DNA from: Prochlorococcus sp. AH-716-K03
GTDB taxonomy: Bacteria > Cyanobacteriota > Cyanobacteriia > PCC-6307 > Cyanobiaceae
NCBI GenBank assembly: GCA_028408675.1
Contig: JAOOLH010000001.1
Span: forward strand, 57,975 to 121,974
Direction of reading: 5' to 3'
Length of the DNA stretch: 64,000 nt
Each line of letters begins with the position of its first letter. Positions within the stretch are counted from its first letter, which is position 1. Below the pieces are notes generated by a model. That model was not told where the DNA came from. It worked only from the letters and a program-made list of their open reading frames with translations, and ran no database searches. Position numbers and translations under genes: made by a program. Shown piece after piece: positions 11,073 through 23,457 of this stretch.

Positions 11073-12176
11073 ATGCAAATATTAAACACAATAAAGAATA
11101 AATTTCGCTTAAATTACAAAAAAAAAAGATGGCCAGGATTAATTAATGCATATAAACAATATTTGCCGGTATCCCAAAAGACTCCCATTATATCTTTAAA
11201 TGAAGGGAACACTCCGCTTATTTTCAGCGAAATACTTAGTAATTTAATTGGAAACGACACAAAAATTTATTTGAAATATGATGGTCTAAATCCTACTGGT
11301 TCATTCAAAGATAGAGGAATGACAATGGCTATTAGTAAAGCTAAAGAAGAGGGTAGCGAAGCAGTAATATGCGCTAGTACAGGAAATACTTCTGCTGCTG
11401 CTGCTGCTTATGCTTCAAGAGGTGGGTTAAAGTCTTATGTTTTAATTCCAGACGGATATGTGGCCCAAGGAAAACTTGCTCAGGCTTTAATGTATGGAGC
11501 AGAAATTATCTCGATAAAAGGTAATTTTGACAAAGCTTTGACAATTGTTAGAGATTTATCTGAAAAATTTCCGATAAATCTTGTGAATTCTGTAAATCCT
11601 TACCGAATACAAGGTCAAAAAACAGCCGCTTTCGAGATAGTGGATGACTTAGGTATTGCTCCTGATTGGCTTTGCATACCTATGGGTAATGCAGGTAACA
11701 TAACTGCTTATTGGTTAGGCTTCAAAGAATACTCAAAAATAAAAAAGTATTCAAAATTACCAGTTATGATGGGTTTTCAATCTGAAGGTTCTGCTCCGTT
11801 AGTAAAAAATATAATAGTTAAAGACCCTGAAACAATTGCAACAGCTATTAGGATTGGTAATCCAGTTAATCGAAATAAAGCAAAAATCGTCAAGAAAGAA
11901 AGCAAAGGAGACTTTCAGTCAGTAACAGATGAAGATATTATTGAAGCTTATAAAATGCTTGCAAAGGAAGGTATTTTTTGTGAGCCAGCTAGCGCAGCCT
12001 CAGTAGCAGGACTTATAAAAAATAAAAAGAGGATAAAAAAAGAATCAACTATTGTTTGTATTCTTACCGGCAATGGATTAAAAGATCCAGATTGTGCAAT
12101 TAAAAATAATGATGCTATCTTTCGTAAAAATATAGATCCCTCGTTACAAAACATAACTAAAATCTTAGGTTATTAA
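11073..12176 (+). CDS. thrC: Threonine synthase
   Basis: [13 protein letters not shown]-lysine motif, ASTGNTS, TGNGLKD. Confidence 0.96.
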   Translation: MQILNTIKNKFRLNYKKKRWPGLINAYKQYLPVSQKTPIISLNEGNTPLIFSEILSNLIGNDTKIYLKYDGLNPTGSFKDRGMTMAISKAKEEGSEAVICASTGNTSAAAAAYASRGGLKSYVLIPDGYVAQGKLAQALMYGAEIISIKGNFDKALTIVRDLSEKFPINLVNSVNPYRIQGQKTAAFEIVDDLGIAPDWLCIPMGNAGNITAYWLGFKEYSKIKKYSKLPVMMGFQSEGSAPLVKNIIVKDPETIATAIRIGNPVNRNKAKIVKKESKGDFQSVTDEDIIEAYKMLAKEGIFCEPASAASVAGLIKNKKRIKKESTIVCILTGNGLKDPDCAIKNNDAIFRKNIDPSLQNITKILGY

Positions 12177-12521
12177 ATAAACCAAAAATTTAAGTGTCTG
12201 TGGAAATAAATGATAAACCCTAAAATTCTGTTAATTAATCATTAAACAAAATAGATAAAATGTTGATAGATTAAAAAAAAGAATGCAAAAATTTCAGATA
12301 ATTCACAATACGAATAAGATTTCCACCTTTTATTATTTTTAACTAATAAGTCACAGTAAATGATTTTTGCTTTTATCAACATTTTCCACAAAGACTACTA
12401 CTACTATTTAAATTATTAATTAGAAAATATCTTTTAGAAGAATTTAAGATTTAAAAGAAAAATATTTAATTGCAAAATTAAAGAAAATAGACCTAATATA
12501 TAAATAAAGTTCTGAAGTCAG
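12177..12521. other. Probable chromosomal replication origin (oriC)
   Basis: AT-rich thrC-dnaN gap with DnaA-box-like TTATCAACA (12373-12381) and TTTTCCACA (12382-12390), then ACTACTACTACTA (12394-12406) and an AT-rich tract; another box-like site at about 12199. Confidence 0.75.
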
Positions 12522-13682
12522 ATGGAGATTGTTTGTAATCAAAATGAATTTAATTATGCTATTCAGTTAGTTAGTAAAGCAGTCTCCTCAAGACCTACCC
12601 ACCCGATTTTAGCAAATTTACTTTTAACAGCCGATCAAGGAACTAATAAAATTAGTTTGACAGGATTTGATTTGAATTTAGGAATACAAACTTCATTCGA
12701 TGCAAATGTAAAAAGAAGTGGTTCAATTACTATTCCTTCAAAAATTTTGTCAGAAATAGTTAATAAGTTGCCAAGTCAAACACCTGTCTCTATGGATGTT
12801 GAAGAAAGTTCAGATAACATTTTAATAAAAAGTGATAGAGGTTCTTTTAATTTAAAAGGGATCCCATCAGATGATTATCCCAATTTACCCTTGGTTGAAA
12901 GTGGGACAACATCTTTGAATATTGATCCTAGTTCTTTTTTAAAAGCCTTAAAGTCAACAATCTTTGCTAGTAGTAATGATGATTCAAAGCAATTGCTGAC
13001 TGGAGTAAATTTTATTTTTAATATTAAATATTTGAAATCTGCTGCGACTGATGGCCATAGATTAGCCGTTGTTTTGTTAGACAATAAAGAGAGTTTTGAG
13101 AATAAAGAAAATAATTCATTAGATGAAGATAACTTATCAGTTACTATCCCTACAAGATCTCTAAGAGAAATTGAAAAACTTGTAAGTCTCAGTTCATCTG
13201 ATAATTCAATCAAACTTTTTTATGATAAAGGTCAAGTTGTTTTTATTTCTTCTAATCAAATAATTACCACGAGAACTCTTGAAGGTTCCTATCCAAATTA
13301 TCCTCAATTAATACCTGATACTTTTTCAAAACTTTTTACATTTAATACTAAAAATTTAATTGAAGCATTAGAGAGAATAGCTGTTTTAGCTGATCAACAA
13401 AATAGCGTTGTTAAGATTAAATTAGAAGATAAGGATTTAGCTTTGATCAGCGCAGATGCTCAAGATATAGGGAATGCTAATGAAATGGTACCTGTATCTT
13501 ATGATTTTGATCAATTTGATATAGCCTTTAACGTTAGGTATCTATTAGAAGGTTTAAAAGTTATTACAAGTCAGAATGTGATTTTTAAATGTAATCTTTC
13601 CACAACCCCAGCTGTTCTTGTTCCTGAAGACAATATTAATTCTTTTACATATTTAGTCATGCCTGTTCAAGTTCGTTCTTAG
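12522..13682 (+). CDS. dnaN: DNA polymerase III beta clamp
   Basis: AATDGHRLA, YPNYPQLIP, C-terminal YLVMPVQVR. Confidence 0.97.
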   Translation: MEIVCNQNEFNYAIQLVSKAVSSRPTHPILANLLLTADQGTNKISLTGFDLNLGIQTSFDANVKRSGSITIPSKILSEIVNKLPSQTPVSMDVEESSDNILIKSDRGSFNLKGIPSDDYPNLPLVESGTTSLNIDPSSFLKALKSTIFASSNDDSKQLLTGVNFIFNIKYLKSAATDGHRLAVVLLDNKESFENKENNSLDEDNLSVTIPTRSLREIEKLVSLSSSDNSIKLFYDKGQVVFISSNQIITTRTLEGSYPNYPQLIPDTFSKLFTFNTKNLIEALERIAVLADQQNSVVKIKLEDKDLALISADAQDIGNANEMVPVSYDFDQFDIAFNVRYLLEGLKVITSQNVIFKCNLSTTPAVLVPEDNINSFTYLVMPVQVRS

Positions 13683-13683
13683 T

Positions 13684-14391
13684 TTGAAATTACCAAAAGA
13701 ATTTTTATTAAGTGAATTATTAAACCTTAACGTAAAAGGTGATGCAATTAATAATTATGGGAATGGCGAGAATGTCTGGATGCATCCACCTGTTCATAGG
13801 ATTTTAGGTTGGTACTCCCGTCCTTCAAATTTTGATTTAAAAAGAAATGTATGGAAATTAAATCAAATAAGTCAAATAATAGATAACGATATTTTTGTGA
13901 AGGGAGATCCTGCTATTTCAGATCTTGCAACTTTAAATAGATTTCCTAATTTGATAGAAGCTAATTTAATTAATAAAGAAGGTTCAAAGATAGGAGTCAT
14001 AGCAGACTTTTTATTCGAAATGGAAACTGGAAATATAAAGTTCTATTTAATTTCCCGATCTAACCCAAAAATACCAGGTTCAAGTAGATGGAAATTAAAT
14101 ATAGAAGATATTATTGACCAGCAACCTGGCTTAGTTTTTGGATCTATTATTTCTTTAGAAGATTTATCATTAATCAAATCTAGTATTAAAAATCAGTTTT
14201 TAAAAAAAGGTAGAAAAGTACTTAATCGTTTTGATGATATGAGAAATAATGCATCACATAGATTAGAAAATTGGCTTGAGGAAGATGAAGATATAAAATT
14301 AAAATCAGAATATAAACGAAATAGTTTTTATAATGAAAACGAAGAGGTAAGATCTTTCAGCAACAAAAGTGATGATGACCCCTGGATTTGA
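13684..14391 (+). CDS. PRC-barrel-like conserved protein
   Basis: WMHPPVHRILGW; G..IGVIADFLFEMETGNIKFY; located between dnaN and purL. Confidence 0.7.
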   Translation: MKLPKEFLLSELLNLNVKGDAINNYGNGENVWMHPPVHRILGWYSRPSNFDLKRNVWKLNQISQIIDNDIFVKGDPAISDLATLNRFPNLIEANLINKEGSKIGVIADFLFEMETGNIKFYLISRSNPKIPGSSRWKLNIEDIIDQQPGLVFGSIISLEDLSLIKSSIKNQFLKKGRKVLNRFDDMRNNASHRLENWLEEDEDIKLKSEYKRNSFYNENEEVRSFSNKSDDDPWI

Positions 14392-14394
14392 TTA

Positions 14395-16737
14395 ATGATA
14401 AATTTTTTAAATAATGATACTTATGAAATTAATGAATCATTAAAAGTTGAAAATTTAACTTTTGAGGATTATCAAGAAATATGTAAGAGATTAGGAAGAA
14501 AACCAAACAGAACAGAGTTAGGAATGTTTGGAGTAATGTGGTCTGAGCATTGCTGTTATAGAAATTCAAAGCCTTTATTATCTAAATTTCCTACTAAAGG
14601 AAAAAATGTATTGGTTGGTCCTGGAGAGAATGCAGGTGTAATTGATGTAGGAAATAATCAGAAACTTGTTTTTAAAATAGAAAGTCATAATCATCCTTCT
14701 GCTATTGAACCTTTTCAAGGTGCTGCAACAGGGGTAGGAGGGATATTACGAGACATTTTCACTATGGGTGCTAGACCTATAGCAGTTTTGAATTCTTTAA
14801 GATTCGGTAATCTTGATAAATCATCCAATATTGATCTTTTACGTGGTGTAGTAGCTGGGATTTCTCATTATGGGAATTGTGTAGGAGTACCTACTGTGGG
14901 CGGAGAAATAGATTTTGATGATAGTTATTCAGGAAATCCTTTAGTAAATGTTATGGCTTTAGGTTTGTTAGAAACTGATGAAATAGTTTGTTCAGGAGCA
15001 AAAGAAGTAGGTTCTCCTGTCCTTTATGTAGGAAATACAACAGGTAAAGATGGTGTAGGAGGTGCAAGTTTTGCTAGTTCAGAATTAACTTCTAAATCTC
15101 TAGATAATAGACCTGCAGTGCAAGTAGGAGATCCATTCATTGAAAAAAGTCTTATTGAGGCTTGTTTGGGTGCTTTTAAAACGGGAGATGTAATTGCGGC
15201 TCAAGATATGGGAGCTGCTGGCCTTACTTGTAGTAGTGCTGAAATGGCGGCGAATGGAGGTTTAGGAATATCAATTAATTTAGATTTAGTACCAGCTAGA
15301 GAAGATGATATGTCGGCTTATCAATATTTGTTATCGGAATCTCAAGAGAGGATGCTACTTGTAGTTAAGGAGGAAAAAATCAATACTCTTATTAAAGAAT
15401 TCAAGAAGTGGGGTCTATTTGCAAATGTTATAGGAAAAGTAATACCTAAAAAAGAGGTTGTAATTTATCAAAAAAATCAAATTATTGCTCAAATACCGAC
15501 TTCGGCTTTATCTGATGAAACCCCTATTAATATTCATAATGTAATCAAAGAGCCTCCCAGTGATTTATTAAAGAAATGGGAGTGGTTTGAAGATAAACTA
15601 CCATTGGTTAGAAAAAATTTAATTCTTTCTTTAAAAGATCATAAATTATATTCTTTGTCCCAAATAATTTTGGAACTTTTATCAAATCCTTCCATTGCAT
15701 CTAAAAGATGGGTGTATCAACAATACGATTCTCAAGTACAATCAAATACTGTTTTTAAGCCAGGCGAAGCGGATGCAGCATTAATAAGACTTAGATGCCA
15801 ACATGAAAAAAATAAAGATAAAAATTTTTCTGGGGTAGCAGTTTCTGTAGACTGCAATAGTAGATGGGTTTTATTAGATCCTTTTAGAGGTAGTATTGCT
15901 GCTGTAGCTGAATCAGCGAGAAATGTAAGTTGCATAGGTGCTGAACCAATAGCAATAACAAATAATTTAAATTTTTCATCGCCAGAAACAGACTTAGGAT
16001 ATTGGCAGCTATCATCAGCATGTGAAGGAATTTCTAAGGCTTGTATTGCTTTAGAAACTCCTGTAACTGGAGGTAATGTTTCCTTATATAATGAATCAAA
16101 AAATCAAAATAATGAATTAACTCCCATTAATCCTACTCCTGTGATTGGAATGGTAGGTACTATTAAAAATATAGATAAAGCTATAAGTTCAGGATGGAAA
16201 AATATTAATGATCAAATATGGATAATTGGTTCGAATTCTTCTGAATCGAAAATAGAAGCAAGTTCTTATTTAGAGTATTTTCATGGTTTAGTTACTGGTA
16301 GACCGCCAAAAATTGACTTGAAAGATGAAAAAAACTGTCAAAGTTTTCTAAGGGATGCAATTTCAAAAAATTATATTATTTCTTCACATGATATCAGTGA
16401 TGGAGGTTTAGCTGTTGCTTTATCCGAATGTTGTATTTTGTCATCTAAGGGAGCAACTATAGATTTACAAGGAGGCACCATTAGAAAAGATAGCTTGTTA
16501 TTTAGCGAAGGAGGGTCAAGAATTATATTTTCACTCAATAAAAAACAAGAAGCAAAATTTTTGGATTTTGTTAATTTAAAGAGTAAAGATTTAAATCAAA
16601 ATATATATGTTAAAAAAATTGGTTTTGTTTCCAAAGAAACTCTTAATATTTCTCTCGAAGGTAAAGAACTTTGCAATCTTAGGGTTGATGAATTAACCAA
16701 AAAATTTAATAATAGTATTTCTAGTCGCTTTAACTAA
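14395..16737 (+). CDS. purL: Phosphoribosylformylglycinamidine synthase II
   Basis: MWSEHCCY, ESHNHPS, QDMGAAGL and SESQERM motifs. Confidence 0.97.
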   Translation: MINFLNNDTYEINESLKVENLTFEDYQEICKRLGRKPNRTELGMFGVMWSEHCCYRNSKPLLSKFPTKGKNVLVGPGENAGVIDVGNNQKLVFKIESHNHPSAIEPFQGAATGVGGILRDIFTMGARPIAVLNSLRFGNLDKSSNIDLLRGVVAGISHYGNCVGVPTVGGEIDFDDSYSGNPLVNVMALGLLETDEIVCSGAKEVGSPVLYVGNTTGKDGVGGASFASSELTSKSLDNRPAVQVGDPFIEKSLIEACLGAFKTGDVIAAQDMGAAGLTCSSAEMAANGGLGISINLDLVPAREDDMSAYQYLLSESQERMLLVVKEEKINTLIKEFKKWGLFANVIGKVIPKKEVVIYQKNQIIAQIPTSALSDETPINIHNVIKEPPSDLLKKWEWFEDKLPLVRKNLILSLKDHKLYSLSQIILELLSNPSIASKRWVYQQYDSQVQSNTVFKPGEADAALIRLRCQHEKNKDKNFSGVAVSVDCNSRWVLLDPFRGSIAAVAESARNVSCIGAEPIAITNNLNFSSPETDLGYWQLSSACEGISKACIALETPVTGGNVSLYNESKNQNNELTPINPTPVIGMVGTIKNIDKAISSGWKNINDQIWIIGSNSSESKIEASSYLEYFHGLVTGRPPKIDLKDEKNCQSFLRDAISKNYIISSHDISDGGLAVALSECCILSSKGATIDLQGGTIRKDSLLFSEGGSRIIFSLNKKQEAKFLDFVNLKSKDLNQNIYVKKIGFVSKETLNISLEGKELCNLRVDELTKKFNNSISSRFN

Positions 16738-16781
16738 TGAGAAAATATATGCAATTGTCTAAAATTTCGAGAATTTAAATT

Positions 16782-18242
16782 ATGTGTGGAATTGTTGGAA
16801 TTGTTTCTTCTGATGATGTAAATCAACAAATTTATGACAGTCTTTTGCTACTGCAGCATCGAGGGCAAGATTCAACTGGTATAGCAACAATGGAAAACAC
16901 TGTTTTTCATATACATAAGGCTAAAGGACAAGTAAATACTGCTTACAGAACAAGAGATATGAGGAATTTGATTGGAAAAATTGGTTTGGGGCATGTTAGA
17001 TATGCAACAAAAGGCTCAGCAGAAAGTGTTGAAGAAGCACAACCTTTTTACGTTAATGCTCCTTATGGAATAGTGTTAATTCATAATGGAAACCTTACTA
17101 ATACAAGAGATTTAGAAAAACAATTATTTAATGTAGACAAACGTCATACAAATTCTTCTAGTGATACTGAAATGTTATTAAATATATTTGCTACTGAATT
17201 ACAAGAACAAATTCATAACCAAGAGTTACAACCACAAATTATTTTTAATGCGGTTAAAACATTACATCAAAGAATTCAAGGCTCATATGCCACAATTGCA
17301 CTAATTTCTGGTCACGGCTTATTAGCATTTAGAGATCCTTTTGGTATAAGACCTTTAGTAATTGGAAAAAGGATTTCTCTTACTACAAAAAAAGAAGAGT
17401 GGATGGTGGCAAGTGAGTCATTAGTATTAGAAAATAATGATTATCAAGTTGTAAGAGATGTAGCACCTGGTGAGGCAATCTTCATAAGTCATAATGGTGA
17501 GTTTTATTCAAAGCAATGTTCAGAAAATCCAAAGTTATTTCCTTGTGCATTTGAATATGTTTATTTAGCTAGGCCAGATTCAGTGATGAACGGAATTTCT
17601 GTTTATCAAGCACGCTTAAAAATGGGTGATTATTTAGCTGAAACAATTAAGAAAAAAATAAATTCAGGAGATGTGGATGTTGTCATGCCTATTCCGGATT
17701 CTTCTCGCCCGGCGGCAATGCAAGTAGCCAGGCAATTAGGTATCGAATATAGAGAAGGATTTTTTAAAAATAGATATGTTGGTAGAACTTTTATAATGCC
17801 TGGACATCAAAAACGTAAACAATCGGTAAGGCAAAAGTTGAATGCTATGAGTACTGAATTTAAAAACAAAAATGTATTAATAGTAGATGATTCTATTGTA
17901 AGAGGTACTACTTCAAAACAAATAGTCCAAATGGCAAAGGATGCTGGAGCAAATAAAGTTTTTTTTACTTCTGCAGCTCCTCCAGTGAGATTTCCTCACG
18001 TCTATGGAATTAATATGCCCAATCGAGACGAATTAATAGCTCATGATAGAACAATAATTGAAATAGCAGAAAAGCTAGAAATTGATAATCTTGTATACCA
18101 AAGTGTTGATAACTTAAGAAAAGCTATAATTGATGAATCTTCAGTTCAAGATTTAGAGATGAGTTGTTTTACGGGTTTCTATGTTACTGGAACAGTAAAT
18201 CACGAGTATCTTAGATGGGTTGAAGATGAATATAAATCTTAA
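16782..18242 (+). CDS. purF: Amidophosphoribosyltransferase
   Basis: N-terminal [22 protein letters not shown]. Confidence 0.97.
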   Translation: MCGIVGIVSSDDVNQQIYDSLLLLQHRGQDSTGIATMENTVFHIHKAKGQVNTAYRTRDMRNLIGKIGLGHVRYATKGSAESVEEAQPFYVNAPYGIVLIHNGNLTNTRDLEKQLFNVDKRHTNSSSDTEMLLNIFATELQEQIHNQELQPQIIFNAVKTLHQRIQGSYATIALISGHGLLAFRDPFGIRPLVIGKRISLTTKKEEWMVASESLVLENNDYQVVRDVAPGEAIFISHNGEFYSKQCSENPKLFPCAFEYVYLARPDSVMNGISVYQARLKMGDYLAETIKKKINSGDVDVVMPIPDSSRPAAMQVARQLGIEYREGFFKNRYVGRTFIMPGHQKRKQSVRQKLNAMSTEFKNKNVLIVDDSIVRGTTSKQIVQMAKDAGANKVFFTSAAPPVRFPHVYGINMPNRDELIAHDRTIIEIAEKLEIDNLVYQSVDNLRKAIIDESSVQDLEMSCFTGFYVTGTVNHEYLRWVEDEYKS

Positions 18243-20680
18243 TTTATAAATTTTTCTAGACGGGAACAGCTTTCAAGATATTCATCTTTATCTAGATTAA
18301 GGAATTCAATTTTAAGCATATTTTTATTAGTTTTTGAGCCTAATTCGTTTAAATTTAATCTTGCCGATCTGTTTTTATTAGTTTCAATATCAATGTACTG
18401 ATTACTTGGGAGAATTTTTATAAAATAGTCATTATTAAGCTGTATTTTTTCATTAATATAGCCTAATTTAGAATTGTAGGCGTCATAAATGTCGTCAAGT
18501 TTTAATTGAAAAAACTTTCCTTTTTTCGAAACTAAATAAAGGATATCTTTAATTTTACCTTTACAACAAGAAACTATTTTTTCTGTAGGTAAAAGATTCA
18601 CTAATAATAATCCTTGTGATTGTTTTGTAATAGGATTTAAGTATTTATTAGATAAATCAAATTTAAAAAGCCTACCAATAGAAGTTAATATTATTAATTT
18701 TTGTTCATCACTGTAAATAAATGAATCAATTATTTGAGTAGAAAGTTTTAATTTTGAAATTGAAAATACTCTAGTACTTTTTTTCATATCTTCATCAAAA
18801 AAAACTTTTTTAAATCTTCCATCTGAACTTAAAACGCAGATATAATTTTTTACATTAGTGTCTAAATGATGAAAATTTACAATCTCTTGTTGATTTATAT
18901 TGCCTAATACTTTTTTATCTAGTTTATATTCAGAATTAATATTTATTTTCCAATCAAGTTGTAGAATTTTTCCTGAAGAAGTAATTCCAATAATTTTTAG
19001 ATTTTTATTGATTTCACATACAAACTTTTTAATATTTTTATTATCGATAATTTTATTTTCATTTTCCAATAATTTTTTATAATTGCCATAAAGTAATTTT
19101 TTTAAGTAAAATCTGTTATCTATTGAAATTTTAGTTTTTTTAATTATAAGCTCTTCTAATATTTGATTATTAATAGTATCTATTTCTTCTTCTTGGTTAA
19201 TATCTTTTAAGATTTTTGTTTTCCTTTTTATATTAAATTTTTTCTTTAAATATAAAAGTTCTTTTATTAAAGTATCAAGTAGCAGACTTCTTTTAGCAAG
19301 GAGATCAATGAGATATTTCTTTTTTTCATTTAGTTCTGACATATCAATTTCCAATTGTTTCCTTTCTAAATTTGTTAATTTTTTAAGCGGCATACTTAAA
19401 ACTGCATCTGCTTGTTTATCACTTAGACTTAAGTGTTTTATTAATAGTGATTTTGCTTCGCTTGCATTTTCGGAGTTTTGAATAATTTCAATAATATTTT
19501 TAATATTTTTAGTAGCTTTTGAAAAGCCTTCTAATATTTCAAGTTTTTCAGATGCAATTTTTAGAAAATAATTAGTTCTTTTTCTAATTGTTTCTTCTCT
19601 AAAATCGAGAAAATATTTGAGATAGTTTTTTAAAGTAAGTTGAACAGGTTTACCGTCTACTAAAGCTAGAAATATTGCGCCAAAATTAGATTGCAGTGCA
19701 GTTTTTTTATATAAATTAGATATTATTATTTCTGGATTTGAATCTTTTTTTAATTCAATCATTATTCTCATCCCATCTCTATCACTTTCATCTCTAATAT
19801 CAGATATTCCTTCAATTTTTCCTGCATTTACTAATTCTGCAAGCTTTTCGATCCAACCTGCTTTGCTTATTTGGTAAGGAAGTTCAGTTACAATTAGCGC
19901 ATTTCTTTTATGTTTGCCTTTTCCTAAATTAATTTCTTCGCTCTTAATTACACCTCTAATTGTTATAGATCCTCTCCCGCTTTCATAAACCTCTTTAATA
20001 GAATTATCGTAAATTAATTCTCCTCCCGTAGGAAAATCAGGTCCTAATATTATCTTAGATAATTTCGAGTCACTTATTTCTTTATCTTTGATTAAAGCAA
20101 CTAAACCATCAACTATTTCTCCTAAATTGTGAGGAGGAATATTAGTAGCCATCCCAACTGCAATACCTGAAGAACCATTTAATAAAAGAAAGGGTAATTG
20201 AGCAGGCAATATATCCGGTTCTTGCTGTGAGCCATCAAAGTTGTTTGAGTAACTTACTGTTTCAGATCCAATTTCTCCTAAAAAACATTCGTGAGCTATT
20301 GGTGCAAGACGTGTTTCTGTATATCTCATTGCAGCCGGTGGATCGTTATCAACAGAGCCAAAGTTTCCATGGCCATCAAGAGTTGGATTTTTTGTTGAAA
20401 AATCTTGAACTAATCTGACTAATGCATCATAGACAGCTTGATCTCCATGAGGATGATATTTTCCTAATACATCTCCAACAACCCTTGCGCATTTTCTAAA
20501 TGGTCTATCTGGAGTAAGTCCCAATTCATGCATTGCGAAAAGAATTCTTCTTTGAACTGGTTTTAGTCCATCTCTAGCATCAGGTAAGGCACGTCCAACT
20601 ATTACGCTCATTGCGTATTCAAGATAAGAGCGTTGCATTTCTTCTTGCAGCGATATCGAAGTGAATTTTTCCTTAGTCAT
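18239..20680 (-). CDS. DNA gyrase/topoisomerase IV subunit A
   Basis: [22 protein letters not shown]; divergent C-terminal domain, so gyrA versus parC cannot be decided. Confidence 0.92.
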   Translation of the reverse strand: MTKEKFTSISLQEEMQRSYLEYAMSVIVGRALPDARDGLKPVQRRILFAMHELGLTPDRPFRKCARVVGDVLGKYHPHGDQAVYDALVRLVQDFSTKNPTLDGHGNFGSVDNDPPAAMRYTETRLAPIAHECFLGEIGSETVSYSNNFDGSQQEPDILPAQLPFLLLNGSSGIAVGMATNIPPHNLGEIVDGLVALIKDKEISDSKLSKIILGPDFPTGGELIYDNSIKEVYESGRGSITIRGVIKSEEINLGKGKHKRNALIVTELPYQISKAGWIEKLAELVNAGKIEGISDIRDESDRDGMRIMIELKKDSNPEIIISNLYKKTALQSNFGAIFLALVDGKPVQLTLKNYLKYFLDFREETIRKRTNYFLKIASEKLEILEGFSKATKNIKNIIEIIQNSENASEAKSLLIKHLSLSDKQADAVLSMPLKKLTNLERKQLEIDMSELNEKKKYLIDLLAKRSLLLDTLIKELLYLKKKFNIKRKTKILKDINQEEEIDTINNQILEELIIKKTKISIDNRFYLKKLLYGNYKKLLENENKIIDNKNIKKFVCEINKNLKIIGITSSGKILQLDWKININSEYKLDKKVLGNINQQEIVNFHHLDTNVKNYICVLSSDGRFKKVFFDEDMKKSTRVFSISKLKLSTQIIDSFIYSDEQKLIILTSIGRLFKFDLSNKYLNPITKQSQGLLLVNLLPTEKIVSCCKGKIKDILYLVSKKGKFFQLKLDDIYDAYNSKLGYINEKIQLNNDYFIKILPSNQYIDIETNKNRSARLNLNELGSKTNKNMLKIEFLNLDKDEYLESCSRLEKFIN

Positions 20681-20758
20681 TTAGTAGGAAATTTACAATA
20701 CTCGTTCATAAACTAAATTAAGATTAATAGGTAAATGAATATTTACCAGTATTAATAA

Positions 20759-21622
20759 TTAGGAAGATTTATTTATTTTTGTTTTTGCTAATAATATTTC
20801 TTTTGCTAGTTGGGTATTTTGGAAAAGTTTTTCAGTAGAATTTTGCAATTTCTGCCCCCATAGCTGTTCTTTTCTATAATCATAATCAACATAATTTGGT
20901 TCTTTAATTAATGCTTCTTTTGCGAGTAAAATTGCTGTTTTGATATCTTGAGCTTCTAAACATGAAGCTAATGCTAGTAAAGGTTCTGCATTTTTTTCTA
21001 GAGTAATGGCCTTTTTGAAAGAAATAATAGAAAGACTTATTTGATCTAATTCAAAATATGCTAATCCTTTATTATTAATTGCTTGCCAAAAATCTTTTTT
21101 TATTTTTATTGCTTTGTCAAACTCTTCTATTGCTTGTTTATATTTTTTTTCCATTAATAAAATATTTCCTAATTGGAAAATTGATCTAAAGCTTTCTGGA
21201 AGAATTTTAAGCCCTGATTTCAAAGCAATTTTGGCTTCTTTAATTTTTGATTGTTTCAGATAAATACTACTTTTAGCGAAATATATTTCACCCATTTTAG
21301 GGTTTAATTCTTGCGCTTTGTTTAGCGAAATTAATGCATCATTAAAAAACTTATTGGCCATTTGTGTTTCAGCAAGAATTATCCATAAAGTCTCATTTGT
21401 ACTATTAATTTTTACAGCTAATCTTGCTAAATTTAGACTATCTTTGATTTGTCCAAAATATAAAAGTTGATAAGCTTTTTTTCCTATAGATAGACTATCT
21501 TGATTTAAATTTTTTGTTGTTGGTTGATAGTAATAAGGTATTAGGGCTTTTAAATTTTCTATCCGAAATAAGTATCCAGTTATTAATGAAAAAAATAATA
21601 ATCTTATTAGAAGTTTATTCAT
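20759..21622 (-). CDS. TPR-repeat protein
   Basis: Repeated A...LNKAQELNP / FDKAIKIKKDF helical pattern. Confidence 0.85.
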   Translation of the reverse strand: MNKLLIRLLFFSLITGYLFRIENLKALIPYYYQPTTKNLNQDSLSIGKKAYQLLYFGQIKDSLNLARLAVKINSTNETLWIILAETQMANKFFNDALISLNKAQELNPKMGEIYFAKSSIYLKQSKIKEAKIALKSGLKILPESFRSIFQLGNILLMEKKYKQAIEEFDKAIKIKKDFWQAINNKGLAYFELDQISLSIISFKKAITLEKNAEPLLALASCLEAQDIKTAILLAKEALIKEPNYVDYDYRKEQLWGQKLQNSTEKLFQNTQLAKEILLAKTKINKSS

Positions 21623-21626
21623 ATTA

Positions 21627-22571
21627 TTAGTATTTTTTTATTATTGCTCTTATATTTCTTTTCCACATCCATGGTTTTATTCTCCTTAATGTACTTCCTC
21701 GGAGTTTTGTGTTCCATTCTTCTTCTTTCCAACTTAATGATTCAGCATCAAGCTTTTCAAGCCATGATTTTGGTGCAGCTTCAATACTGTCGTTGAAAGG
21801 AACGGATTTGTTCCATGGACATACATCTTGGCAAATATCACAACCCGCAATCCATCCATTTAAATTTTGTTCAATTTGTTCTGGAAGTTTTTTATTTCTA
21901 TTTTCAATAGTATGGTAAGCAATACATAAATTAGAATTTATAACAAAGGGCTCCGTTATTGCATTTGTTGGACATTGTTCAATACATTTTTCACATCTTC
22001 CGCAAAGAGATTTAGAAGGATTATCAGGTGTTAGATCTTTAGTAAGAATCATAAAACCTAAAGTCATCCAAGATCCATAATCTGTATTTATAAGATTACT
22101 ATTTTTACTGATCCAACCAAGACCAGCTTCTTCAGCCCATGCTTTTTCTAGTAGAGGAGATGTGTCTACACAGATCTTCCATTTGCAGTTTGGAATTTCA
22201 TTATCAAGCCACTTACCCAGATTCTTTAATTTCTTATAAATTATTTTATGGTAATCTTCTCCTTGACCAAATTTTCCAATTTTAAATTTAGTATTTTGTT
22301 TATGATCTTTACTTAAATAATTAAAGCCTACAGATAATATACTTTTGGCGCCTTTTAATAAAGATTCAATGTTCTTTCGTTTTTCTGCTTCCATCCATTT
22401 CATATCACTGTGATAACCATTCTCTAACCATCTTTCAAGTGCATTATTTCTTAGCTTCAAGCGAGAACTTTTTTTTATTGAAGCTATTCCAGATACAGCA
22501 AAACCTTCTACAATTGCCCTTTCTTTAATCCTGATACTAAAGTCCTCTTCCTTTTCTTTTAAACTTATCAT
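21627..22571 (-). CDS. queG: Epoxyqueuosine reductase
   Basis: DYH, VDTSPLLEKAWA, CGRCEKCIEQCPT and GCDICQDVCPWN Fe-S motifs. Confidence 0.92.
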   Translation of the reverse strand: MISLKEKEEDFSIRIKERAIVEGFAVSGIASIKKSSRLKLRNNALERWLENGYHSDMKWMEAEKRKNIESLLKGAKSILSVGFNYLSKDHKQNTKFKIGKFGQGEDYHKIIYKKLKNLGKWLDNEIPNCKWKICVDTSPLLEKAWAEEAGLGWISKNSNLINTDYGSWMTLGFMILTKDLTPDNPSKSLCGRCEKCIEQCPTNAITEPFVINSNLCIAYHTIENRNKKLPEQIEQNLNGWIAGCDICQDVCPWNKSVPFNDSIEAAPKSWLEKLDAESLSWKEEEWNTKLRGSTLRRIKPWMWKRNIRAIIKKY

Positions 22572-22719
22572 AATTATATTATGAATTATTTTTAAATAAA
22601 ATGGTATTTTAAAATTGAGAAACTAATGATTAATTTAAATTTATTAAAAATAAATATATCCCAATCAAGTAAAACAAGTTAAATTATTAGTAAAATGAAT
22701 AAAATTAGGAACTTTAATT

Positions 22720-23457
22720 TTGGTTGAATCTACTCAAGGTCAAGATTCGAACTTAGGAACTAGGCTCCAACAGGATTTAAAAAATGATCTTATAGCAGGA
22801 TTATTAGTGGTTATACCTTTAGCCACAACTATTTGGCTATCTTCTATTGTTAGCAAATTTGTGCTTACATTAGTAACCTCTGTGCCTAAACAACTTAATC
22901 CATTTATAACACTAAACCCTTTATTACAAGATTTAATTAATTTAACTCTAGGTCTAACAGTTCCTTTATTGGCAATCTTACTTATAGGTTTGATGGCAAG
23001 AAATTTTGTAGGTAGGTGGCTGTTAGAATTTGGAGAAGGTACATTATCAAAAATTCCTGTTGCAGGAGCTGTTTATAAAACTCTTAAACAATTACTGGAA
23101 ACTTTTTTGAGTAATAAATCAAACAGATTTAGAAGAGTTGTTTTAGTTGAATATCCGCGAGAGGGATTATTTAGCGTTGGTTTTGTAACTGGTGATGTTG
23201 GCCCTTCACTGCAATCTGAATTAAATGATAAATTACTAAGCGTTTTCATCCCTACAGCCCCTAATCCGACAACAGGATGGTACACATTAGTTCCTGAAAC
23301 TTCCGTGAAAGATCTTGATATTTCAGTAGAGGATGCTTTTAGAACAATTATTTCTGTTGGTATTGTTAATCCTGATGAGAAAGATGATTCTTCAAATCCA
23401 TCATTCTCGAAATTATTTTCCCAGCTAAGAGCTTCCACAAATACTTCATCTAATTAA
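22720..23457 (+). CDS. DUF502 membrane protein
   Basis: VVLVEYPR and FIPTAPNPTTG motifs. Confidence 0.88.
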   Translation: MVESTQGQDSNLGTRLQQDLKNDLIAGLLVVIPLATTIWLSSIVSKFVLTLVTSVPKQLNPFITLNPLLQDLINLTLGLTVPLLAILLIGLMARNFVGRWLLEFGEGTLSKIPVAGAVYKTLKQLLETFLSNKSNRFRRVVLVEYPREGLFSVGFVTGDVGPSLQSELNDKLLSVFIPTAPNPTTGWYTLVPETSVKDLDISVEDAFRTIISVGIVNPDEKDDSSNPSFSKLFSQLRASTNTSSN

